Assembly: GCF_006345805.1 (NCBI RefSeq)
Contig: NC_043005.1
Coordinates: forward strand, 22,382,001 to 22,446,000
DNA from: Octopus sinensis
Taxonomy: Eukaryota
DNA length: 64,000 bases
Direction: 5' to 3'
A program made the position numbers and the translations under genes. Positions 34,855-64,000 of this stretch are shown piece after piece (position 1 is the first letter of the stretch; the number at the start of each line of letters is the position of its first letter). The notes under the pieces are model-generated. The model was not told the DNA's origin, did no database searches, and worked only from the letters and a program-made list of their open reading frames with translations.

Positions 34855-35279
34855 ACGTATATTAATACAATCGGAAGAAGTTTGAAAAATCGCAACCGCT
34901 TTCCGTCGCGGAGCACCAATGTATGAATAAACTGTAATTGTTTTTAAAGAAATGATTATAAGAAAATGATGTATGGAAAGAGGTATAAATTTATAGAGTA
35001 GGAGAAAGAAGGACAGACAAACAGAACGAGAGAGCCTATCCCATTCTTAAATGGTGGAAAACAAACACCGCCAAAAGAGCAATTAATTCATAAAGCGATG
35101 CAAGAGATTTAGAAAATAATAAGAGAGTTAAGAGTGTTTCAGTTATCAGGAAATGGGGATTATTACAAAATGGGCTGAGAGAAGAATGATAAAAAAGCGG
35201 ATGAATTACAGCTGATAATGCTGGGGACCAATAAATAAATATATAGATAAATGAATAAATAGATAAATAAATTTAGGTC

Positions 35280-36480
35280 CCAAGAATAAAATACCTGATT
35301 CTCGTAGTATTTTAAGGGAACCTTTTTGCCTGAATTCACACAAATTTACATTACTCATTCAGGTTAGATTTTTGTGTAGTAAGCAATTTCCTTCTTAAAG
35401 ACCGACATACATTTATTAAAATATAAAAGACATAACTATATTTTAAAAAGTAGTTTAGTTTAGTTTCTGCTTTGCGTAATATAAGACTTGTCTTTCTTGA
35501 GAATTTTGTCAGCAAACATACTGGGACTCCAGCTGCCTAGGTAACACTTTTCTATAGTAGGAATGTTCTGATGAATACGATCGTTTATCATCCCCAGATT
35601 TTCCGGAAAAAAGTTCCAGTGAGAGTTCAAGAAATGAATCTTTAATAATATATATCGCATCGTTAGGTAAGATTTACGAAGATGGTCATCTACTAGAACA
35701 GGATAGTTTTCATTTTGCTATTTACCCCGAAAGTTAACATATCTATGTTTTTGAAACTTGTCGTGCAGTATTCTCAACATAATTCATATAGCTTTCAAAC
35801 GTCAAGAATCTTAATTTTCTTATATGAGGGCCAACAAAAACTCCTTTTTCATCATGGCATCACTCACCCAGGGAAACTTATTTTGCAAGTATTTGAACCT
35901 AATTTGCGCTTTATCCATAACCTTTACAAAATTTTTTCAAGTTCAAGCTTGATATGCAACTGAATCTTCCAAAATATTTTTCTTGCCTGAAACAAGTGAG
36001 ATAAGTTTGGTCAATTATTCTGAACGTAGAGCTTTCTTTGTTTTATTTACATAAAAAGAAAAACAATTGTACTTGGGGTAACCAAGATGCAACCCAAATT
36101 TAATTACAATGGACTTTAGATCTCAACAGATATTCTATTCATATTTCTGCTATTGACTCTTTTCCACAAGTAGCATCATTTTGCCACGAGCTCTTTGTGA
36201 GATCTGCAATATACGATATAGACACAGAAGAGAATCTATTTTCATTATGAAGGACCTCTTTGAAACTAACTCTAAGAAATTAAAGAAGAGTAACCACTTA
36301 TCAACGTTATGTTAATGACCAAGAAGCCCACATCTGAATTATTAGTACACAAAATATATATCCATCTTCAGAACAGAATCATTCATTGAATTCTTCATTA
36401 TGGTATCTGTAGAAAGAACAAACTTTAGAGTCGTAGTTTGACTTCTATTTTGAACTTAAAATATCAGTCTGCCGTTTTAG
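35280..36480 (-). mobile_element. Decayed DNA transposase, probably Chapaev/CMC type
   Basis: KNFVKVMDK..FKYLQNKFP..SDA and LKIHFLNSHWNFFPENLG..IHQNI.TIEKCYLGSWSPSMFAD match a transposase motif I recall from Chapaev3-type elements. The superfamily assignment is from memory. Confidence 0.6.
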
Positions 36481-37576
36481 ATAAATTCAAATTAAGAACT
36501 TGGTCATTCAGATTTTCTTGTGACAGAAAATGTGGCTGATTCGAGAAACAAGTAGCTTGCGAAGCTGGGTTAGAAAAGTTATGTTTTTATTTGTGCTTCC
36601 TCAGCAGTTAAAGTAATATGCTCAGAGGGATTTGGTACTAGAAGTTGAGCAGCATGTTTAACTGGGACTCACTGCAGAAGGCAGATTAGAGTAATTAATT
36701 AAGATTTTTTATTTTTGAAGTGATCCCATTTGTATTCAAAAGACAGAAATAATATCTTAATGCTCGAAATATCAAGTGGCAGGTGACATGAATGACGTAT
36801 TCATCCCATTAGTAGACTTACATATGTCACACAACAAATGAGGAGTTCAACTCTTCTCCTGATCAACCCCTTTATAACATGTTTTTTTTACTAATGGTAT
36901 AAAATTGTTAGGCTATCACCTGTATAGCCAGGATAAAATAGATAATTCAGATAGTTCCGCAACCCTACAGAGCAGTTACAACGCTGAGGTAAAATCAACA
37001 AGAAGCAACGGACAACAGCTAACAATATCGTGGGATTTGCAAATAAACTGACTTCGAGCTGTGTTATTCATACGAGTCAAGGCTCGTAGACAAAAGTCTC
37101 ATATCTGAACAAATCTAAACTGTTAACTGCCCCCTGGATATAAAAAACGAATAGAGCATGTATATTAATATTAAAATCTATAATTATACTTATATTGACT
37201 AATATATTATATCATTATGTTCTTATTTGGAGATTATGTTAGGTGAGAGAAAAATAGATACAGCATTATAAGTAAAATAAGCTTGGTAGGAGAAAATCAA
37301 ATTTCATATTTAGATTTAATATAAAAATTATACACTTAAAACATCAATAAAAAACGTGTTTCTGTGTATCAAATGTTCATCAGGGTCGGCTGAAAATACA
37401 AAAGGCAACTCGACTGTTCACCCCACTCAAATTTCAGGCCTTGTGCCTATAGTAGAAAGGATTATTATTATTTAATATCAAAGATTTCCATCCAGTATTT
37501 CTGACCAGCTGCTCAGTATAATTACCTCCATGAATAACCGTATCATAAATGCATGATAAAAATCGTTGAAACTTGA

Positions 37577-37648
<72 letters not shown>

Positions 37649-38418
37649 CGACAATAGGCGGTCATCAATTTGTAACGATAGTGTTGTATCGGGAAAATGA
37701 ATGAGTGAAGAACAATATTAAGAGTATCGTTTATTGATATATTTACATTTGCCGTTACAATGTTGAAGATAACTTTCTATAGCTGTTTGTGTACACAAGT
37801 TATTTGTGGATTTCGAGTCCATCGTGCATGTCAGCTCCATCTCTGTGTGTTACTACGAAAGAATAAAAGATATGTAGGTAGATAGAAAGGGTGATAAATC
37901 TACTCCCGCGCGTTAATCAGCATACTGAAAGATTTGCTCTTTGCCCCCCCCCCCCCCCAAAAAAAAAACGAAAAGAAGAAAAACGGGGTCGACACAAAGC
38001 GGAATAAAGCTTATGGATCCTTGTATTTATATTCTTCATAACTAAATTAGGTCAAGCCGAAAACAAAGGACTTTTCTAGTCAGTCTTGACCAATGTATAA
38101 CTGGAAAAGGTCCACAAAAAGCGAGAACAGTTGACTGAAGACTTGTTTGAAATTGTGGATTCGATTTCGAATCCTAGCTTAAAACGTTGGTAGCTGTCGG
38201 CCACATATATTATTTAGCAATATATGCATATTGGAAGTTAACATGACGCTGCTACCAAGTTGCGATAAAAGATTATTTTATCAAGGCCGTATGTTTAAGA
38301 AGTTCACTTCATAACCATGTGGTTTCAGCTTCAGTCTAACTGTCCGGCACCTTATACTACAACACTGGGTTGTCCAAATCCCTATGACTATGATTGGAGA
38401 AAACTGGGAAGACGCCCG

Positions 38419-38501
<83 letters not shown>

Positions 38502-39510
38502 TGCAGTGTACAGTATTATATTTCCTTTTTCAAAACTGAAAAGATGGGGTATTATTATTTTAAGCCGTAACTTAAAATGCTTGAAACATTCACATCCGAT
38601 GAAATTACCGTTTTTGACGCACTAGATAATTTCAGCACCATTGCATAAGCACTTCGATCCATACAAGTATAGGAAAGTAGATTTTAAAACGACGACGACT
38701 TTGATAATGATGGTAATGCTGATGATTTTTATTATCGTCTTATTCATGGTGTGCGATTTGTATATGAAATGTTTTACTCGAAACATGCATAAAAGTGTTC
38801 AAGACAAAGAAAATGTGTTAAATGTCCTCACAATATTGCATTTTTTTCTGGAACTTCTTTATATCTATTAAGAATTTGGGGGTATTATGATTCGACTAAG
38901 ATGTAGCTATCTCACTCTTCTGCTGGTGGGTTGCTTAGATTCATTTTGCGTATTAAATTTTGAACTACGGAGTGTCGGCGTCCACCTAGCTGTATGTAGG
39001 TTATACAAGGTGGTACAGTCTATCCAACTGTAAGTAGGTCCTGCAAGGTGGTGCAGCCTATCGAGCTGTAAGTTGTCGTAGAGAGTGTTACAGTACAGGG
39101 TGATGAAAAAGTGGTTCCTTCCTCGCACATGATGTCATTGTTTAACTCAAGGTCAGCGCTTATTGAGCATTAGTCTTTCAAGGATGTTTTTCCTGCTGCT
39201 GAAAACTTGCGTTTATTCAGAAGGAACACCAGCAGCTTTGATTTCGCCTGTCTATATCTCACAGTGGACAAACAACAACAAAAACAACAATAACAGTAGT
39301 AGCAGTGGCACGTGTAAATAAAAGAGTGAAAGAAAGGAGCAGATCTGCCATTTAAAAGTAACACAGTGCCATTCTGAGACGACTCAAGATGAATGTGTGT
39401 GTGTGTGTGTGTGTGTGCATACATGTACACATACATACACACCAGCTGAAAGATATCACGCATATCATCATCAGCTACTAAAAATGTCTACATAATACTA
39501 CCTTCCCACA

Positions 39511-40165
39511 AGGCGGCGAGCTGGCAGAAACGTTAGCACTGCAGGGCGAAATGCGTAGCCGTATTTCGTTTGCTATTACGTTCTGAGTTCAAATTCCGCC
39601 GAGGTCGACTTTGCCTTTCATCCTTTTGGGATCGATAAATTAAGTACTAATTACGCACTGGGGATCGATATAATCGACTTAATCCGTTTGTCTATCCTTG
39701 TTTGTCATCTCTGTGCTTAGTCTCTTGTGGGTAGTAAAGAAATAGGTATTTCATCTGCCGAAGGCGGTGAGCTGGCAGAAACGTTAGCACGCCGGGCGAA
39801 ATGCGTAGCCGTATTTCGTCTGCCGCTACGTTCTGAGCTCAAATTCCGCCGAGGTCGACTTTGCCTTTCATCCTTTCGAGGTCGATTAAATAAGTACCAG
39901 TTACGCACTGGGGTCGATATAATCGACTTAATCCGTTTGTCTGTCCTTGTTTGTCCTCTCTGTGTTTAGCCCCTTGTGGGTAGTAAAGAAATAGGTATTT
40001 AGTCTGCCGCTACGTTCTGAGCTCAAATTCCGCCGAGGTCGAATTTGCCTTTCATCCTTTCGAGATCGATAAATTAATTACTAGTTGGACATTGGGGGTA
40101 AATCTAATCGACTGCCTCACCTTCCCCTAAAATTTCTGGCCTTGTGCCTAGGGTAGAAAAGAATA
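39511..40165 (+). mobile_element. SINE family 2, three head-to-tail copies
   Basis: Unit ggcggcgagctggcagaaacgttagcac..gagttcaaattccgccgaggtcgactttgcctttcatcc with a box B-like motif. Confidence 0.82.
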
Positions 40166-40944
40166 TTAGAAATAAGAATACTGGTGGAATATACCAACAA
40201 AAACAGTATCTTGATTTATACACAACAGGCCGGATAAGGCTATATAGGACAGGGAGTTAAAGTCATGCATTGGTATAGAAATCAATTGGCCAGTGGATTT
40301 GGATGTTTCTTCAAAAATTATGGAAAGGAGAGCATAAAGGGAGAACCGATGAGAAACCTACAACTCTTATATATTCAGGTTACAGAATTTAATATGTTCC
40401 TGTTATCATAGATGCACTGGGTTATGTAACAACTGATTTGCACAGAAACCTATAAATTGTTTGGTTTTCAAAAAAGAACATAGATACAGTCGATCAGATG
40501 AAAGCAAACATTTGTAAAACATTTCATGAGATTTTAGTCCCTGATTCATGGGTCAGTATTTGCACGCAGCCACATATAGACATGGAATACATATACACAC
40601 ATACATACATGTGTTTTATTGTGGCACGTATATCCACAAGTGTAAGGTTATCCACACGGCCCACACATGCATTCAACATGCATATATATAAATGGCAACG
40701 TCAACCATTTCAAGTAATAACAGGAAAAATGCTTTTTAGTTTATTGGAGTTATCCCTCTTGGATTGGCTGCAAAACGGGTCACCACGACACGACAGAATA
40801 TAGGGTGGTGTTGAGTCCGAGGTGAAGAAGGAGTTGGATAAAGGGCTGGAGTTGGGGAGTGGGAAATGTGGATAATGGGGGATAGTTAATTTTTAAATCA
40901 TGTGTGATCACGTACATGTATATGTGCGTATGCGTACGTATGTA

Positions 40945-40979
<35 letters not shown>

Positions 40980-42199
40980 ATGTATGTATGTATGTATGTA
41001 TGTATGTATGTATGTATGTATGTGTGTGTGTGTGTGTGTATGTGTGTGTGTGTGTGTGTGTGTATGTGTGTGTGTGCGTATGTATATGTCAATTGTGTCT
41101 GGCAAGTCTTATATGAATTTCTCAGATTTCAGTACAGGGAAAAAAAAACAACTGGTGTACTCCAATGTCTATATTCATGGTGCAGTCGGTCAGTATAGTA
41201 GGGAAAATTTTCGCTCATGAGTGCAGGAATAGAAAACCTCGCTTTTTACAGTTTAGGCAGGTGTCTAGGTTGACAGAATTCTCAGAGCTTGCACTTCATA
41301 CTACTGTTTAAGTAAGGTTTACTTGTCCAGTATTCTCCATTCGATAAGGTGTGCGCAGCGTTTTCATTCAATGTCCAATGAAATGCTTAGAGGCATTTCG
41401 TCTGTTATTACGTCCTGAGTTTAAATTCTGCCGAGGTCGACTTTATTAGCACTGTTATGGCCTTCTGTATTATCGTTGTCTTTGGAATTGTTTCGGATTC
41501 TATATCTGCTAGCCAGCCTTTCTTATCATTTTGGCCTAGTCGCATAATCATTGCTCAAATGTTTCAAATATTTCTCGGTGCTGCCAGTCGCTGCAAATCC
41601 TTTTCCTCCCCTCGTATTGGTAATCCATTTCTATCTATTTTTGCGTGCTAGCAGTCGCATATTGACAACTGCATTTATCCGGCTGCCGAGTGCGGTGTCT
41701 TCATCACTGATTCCAGTCCCATTTACGCTGGTATCTATGATACTTCTTTCTGACATTTCACTCACTTTCTGACATTTCAGTGGTGCCTTTTCATGAAACA
41801 CCATCACTAGATGAATTATCAACCAAGGTTTGGAGAGACCCCCATCTACTCACTTTATGAAACAGTTATACTGCACCAGATTTTATACTGGTAGTACTGA
41901 TACTGTATTGGCTCATTTTCAAAAATGTTTTTTTAGGTTGCTTGCTGTCAACTGCTTACGAGTACAACCTACTCGGATTATTTTTTGACGTCTACTCCTC
42001 TAGAACTGCCGATTCCCGGCCAGATCTGGAAACGATAGTGGTTGAGAGATAATTCCACACTCCTCAAAACCGTGGAACTCCCGATGATAGCCCTACTACT
42101 GATGCAGTTTAACAGAAACAACAACAACTAGAATTTTGTCGGGCATGCTAACTCACTGCTTTGACAACAACAACAATAACAACAATAACCCTTACTTAA

Positions 42200-42575
42200 T
42201 TTAGCACATGGCCTGAAATTTGGTGGGAGAGGTCTAGTCGGTTACATCGACCCAAGTGCTTAACTGGTTCTTATGCAATCTATCTCGAAAGGATGAAAAG
42301 CAAAGTCGACCTCCGCGGAATTTGAACCTAGAACATAAAGACGGAGGAAATACCTATTTCCTTATTACCCACAAGGGGCTAAACATAGAGGGGACAAACA
42401 AGGACAGACATAAGTATTAAGTCGATTACATCGACACCAGTGCATAACTGGTACTTAATTTATCGACCCCGAAAGGATGAAAGGCAAAGTCGACCTCGGC
42501 GGAATTTGAACCTAGAACATAAAGACGGAGGAAATACCGCTAAGCATAATGTTCGACGTGTTAACGATTCTGCGT
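42200..42575 (-). mobile_element. SINE family 2, tandem copies
   Basis: Reverse complement of the 39511 unit. Confidence 0.8.
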
Positions 42576-43140
42576 GTGCATAATACACACAAACACATAC
42601 ACACATACATGCACGCTCACATACACGTAGGCAAACATACAAACACACGCATGCACGCACGCACGCACACACACACACACACACTTCCACTGAATCAGTA
42701 GATACTCTGTAATTTCCCAGGTCATCTACGTAACTGAATGAAGACTAAACAAGAACACCGAAGATAGTGAATGGATAGTTGTATTTATGTGGTTGGATGC
42801 AGTCTGACATCACTCCTGTGAAGTATGAGCCATAAATTAGCAGAAAAATACTTAACCTTTGTGTTAAGAAAGAGTAGAAAACTTTCAGAGCATAGAGTTA
42901 TTAAAACAAGAGGATAATGGCCGAGAGAAAGGAATAATTCATAACGTGGTTAGACTGTGGGATTTTGGGAGCAGGCACACGTAATTAGTGAATAGTAGGG
43001 CTGAATGAAGCGAGTAATTGAAGGGACAAAGAAGGTTGTCAGAATTTACAAGGTGATATATATCACATGTTAACTATCACACGCACACACTCGCGCGCGC
43101 ACACAGACATATGCACTCATACACATACATATACACAAAA

Positions 43141-43196
<56 letters not shown>

Positions 43197-43199
43197 CGT

Positions 43200-43700
43200 G
43201 GTTCAACTGTTAAGGATGATTGCTCGTTCAAATGGATTTCAGGTGTGGCAACGTCTGCATTACCTATACAATATTTTGATTATCCTCCGACACGGGTTTG
43301 ACAGATCAGATATCAAAGGTTTGAGTATTAAATGCATGCACAATGGACTTCGGGACTTTTCGGTTCTGAACTGGCTGTTGTTCGAATGTATCTATAAGTT
43401 TCATAAGATACATGTGAACAAAAAGCAGCACTAGTTTATCTCGGTCGAAAAGAGGTAATTACCTTACTAGGATACAATTTTGCACTCTATGAAACGATAT
43501 TAGGTCCTCCGCAGCGATCTGTTCTTGGTCCCCTAGTTTATTGCAAATATCAACAACATATTTGCTAACCTGAAACATGTTACTGTCTTAAAATACGCAG
43601 ACAATATTACACTGGGCCTTAAGATAAAAAGAGCAGATCCTATGCGCTGTAGATCTTTCCTGTCTTGAATGTCATACTTCTTAGGGCACTGGCACTCTAA
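43200..43700 (+). mobile_element. Decayed CR1-like RT fragment
   Basis: GPPQRSVLGPL...KYADNI resembles GVPQGSVLGPL...LFADD. Confidence 0.55.
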
Positions 43701-44165
43701 TGCTTCGACCTCCAGCAGCAAAATGGGTAGAAGCTCAGAAGATTACCCACCATATGTCCAACAAATTCGGCAACCTATTTTTAGGTTAATATCTCTTTGA
43801 CCTGCGTACATAATTATAAAGCAAAAGGTATTGCGGCATCTACGACTTTCGGAACATTTTTATCATGCACAGGATTGTCGAAGCATGGCATAAACTATAT
43901 GCTTTGGCTGTTAGCTGTAGGACATTGCAACCTTAAAAGATTCCATGCTTCCTGAAATTCAGCACTGAGTCTGAGGTTCTTGTGTACTCTTTCTTTTTTT
44001 TATGGAACCGTCATTCTTCCCTTTTCTGGTTTCTTGGGTTCCATTCTATGTGCATTGTCTTTTTTTTAATTGCGTTATTGTTGGTTTTTGTCCTCTCTTT
44101 ACTTTTTAGGACTACTTGTAGTACATCTGAACATTGTAAGCAATAAGTTTATCATTATTATTATA

Positions 44166-44455
44166 GGTGAAGGCGCATGGCTCAGTAGTTAGAGCGTCGA
44201 GCTTTCGATCGGGAGGTTGTGAGTTCGATTCCCGGATCGGGGTGCGTGTTGTGTTCTTGAGCAAAACACTTTATTTCACGTTTCTCCAGTTAACTCAGCT
44301 GGAGAAATGAGTTGCGACATTACTGGTGCCAAGCTGTATGGGCCTTTTCCTTTCCCTTGGATAACATCAGCGGTGTGGAGAGGGGAGGCTGGTATGCATG
44401 GGCTGGCCTTCCACAGACAACCTTTATCGAACTTGTGCCTCGGAGGATAACTTTC
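44166..44455 (+). mobile_element. SINE family 3 with tRNA-derived head
   Basis: Box A tggctcagtagttag and box B ggttgtgagttcgattccc, followed by a non-tRNA body; second copy at 23856-24148 (-). Confidence 0.82.
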
Positions 44456-45284
44456 GGATCTTTTCGGTTTGAACGGCAGTTTGTAACGTAATTTCTAGGT
44501 AACTAAAAAATTTTAAACTTCGTATACTGGTAGAATGTGTTTATAAAACATCATTTTCTCTTGGCTTTATTGAGAAAATTCTATAGTTTGCAACATATTT
44601 CGTCTAAAATTTCTTGCATTTCGGCAATTTTAACCAATCGCTGACCGTCCATTGAGGTGAAAGCATTCTGTGCCGCATCAATATGTCCCTCGTTTAAGAA
44701 ATAGATTGGGTTTATTTACATTTGTGAAGAAAAAAGATACCCTTCCCCCACCCTAACCATAGCCCTAACTAACCCTTTCTCTCTTTTCTCAATACTGTGA
44801 CCTGTAACAATTCGCATGACCTGCACAGCTTCTTTTTCGACTGATCGTCGACTCTTTCAGTCACGCATCTCTACTTTCAACACGGTTTGTTTTTTTTCAT
44901 TGTTCGTTTCTTCACTTTTCATTCTACCCTTCTTTCTGTCCACTTTTGAGTCATTTAAGACAATTTCTGTTGCGTTAGAATACGTTTCTCTTGCCTCGAG
45001 CCTTTATTTTGTTTGTTTTATTCTTTTATTCACATTTTTGTGTCGTTTTTGTTTTTGTCACTGCTTAATAGTTCGCTCGCTATTCTCAACAACTTTTCGC
45101 TATTGACGCTATTAAAACTGAATACTATTATCATTAAAGGCGTGAACGTGTAATGATATTTTTGGAATATAACTGATGAAGAAAGAACCATTCTATGTCC
45201 TGTGTGTGAATTTTCTGTTCGTTCCTTTGTCGAGCTTCTCTTTTAAACTGTACACGCGCGCACGCACGCACACACACACACATA

Positions 45285-45327
<43 letters not shown>

Positions 45328-45668
45328 ATGAAGATATGAATTACACTCTACTGGCGTATCATAATTAATAGAGTTTATATAGTTATATAAACTATTAAAT
45401 TTTCAACAGTATTTCATACATCGACGATAATTTGTACAAATGTGTAAACTAAAAGGAATTAAACAATTAAGACAGTTGTGTAATCTTTATTCAGCCTAAA
45501 TTTTTATATATATAGATGTACAAAAAATTATGACCAGTTGCATATGTGCAGTGGAAACACGTATAGGTCGTCGTAGTAATAATAATATGCTGTATGACAT
45601 TGTAAAATAAAGGAAATAATTATAGAGATGCACTACTCTCCACGTTCTCTATCGTTATAATTATTACT

Positions 45669-45712
<44 letters not shown>

Positions 45713-46089
45713 TAGTCGTCTAATCATTCATAAATCAGAAAGAACAGGAACTCGTACATTTATCACTAGAGTGTGTATATTAATCTTTATACTATATAGT
45801 ATTACAGATCCATCTCAGCCGTCTTTAGAAATCGTTTCGCACATGAATTAGTGGAAACATTGAACGGCGCTCGTCAGTGGAGCAAGTATGACTATTATAG
45901 TGACAGCTCTCCGCTAGTGAAAAACCGAACGAAGCAATAGAAGTTTAGTATAAGGTTTCTGAAAGAGTTATATTCCTTGTACAAGATGATTAAGTGATAG
46001 GTAACTACCTAACAAAACAGCAATGATCAAAAATAGATGTAATATGGTTTAAAAAGAAAATTCATAAAAAATTTCAAACGATGAGTCTG

Positions 46090-63941
<17,852 letters not shown>

Positions 63942-64000
63942 ATCAAATAGTGATGAGGAAATATAGAGAGTATAGAAATATAATGTAATATACTTTGTGA

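Noticed and set aside
38880-39130. Possible LTR fragment
   Set aside because: No TG...CA ends, PBS, PPT or second copy were found.
44166-44245. tRNA gene
   Set aside because: It has A and B boxes but no clean cloverleaf, and it continues into a SINE body also seen at 23856-24148.
44748-44780. Telomere-like ccctaa repeats (also near 20888-20905)
   Set aside because: Only 2-3 degenerate units inside dispersed repeats; not an interstitial telomere.

Overview
Eukaryotic, AT-rich, microsatellite- and transposon-dense DNA. The SINE repertoire and repeat landscape suggest a cephalopod, most likely Octopus (inference). I reconstructed two complete tandem cathepsin L-like (papain family C1A) genes on the minus strand, each with 7 coding exons, GT-AG introns and matching phases. 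Gene A spans 16414-34732 (324 aa) and gene B spans 46090-63941 (326 aa); both keep Gln19/Cys25/His159/Asn175 (papain numbering). Bases 1-440 duplicate gene B intron 5, hinting at a third copy just left of the window. 0.5-15.4 kb is a nested tandem-duplication array of a decayed, unidentified ORF, with two different Tx1/L1-type LINEs sitting at the same (TATC)n site in paralogous units. Introns and intergenic DNA hold RTE, CR1, RLE-type and Penelope-like retroelement remnants, Tc1, hAT and probable Chapaev DNA transposon remnants, two Helitrons, three SINE families and a truncated histone H2B copy. The most notable unannotated signal is five type I hammerhead ribozyme motifs. One is structurally perfect and lies on the sense strand of gene A intron 4. 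Three sit inside (TA)n-embedded elements whose long inverted arms end in the ribozyme stem III, 5-6 nt from the predicted cleavage site. Most short ORFs in the supplied track are microsatellite artefacts.
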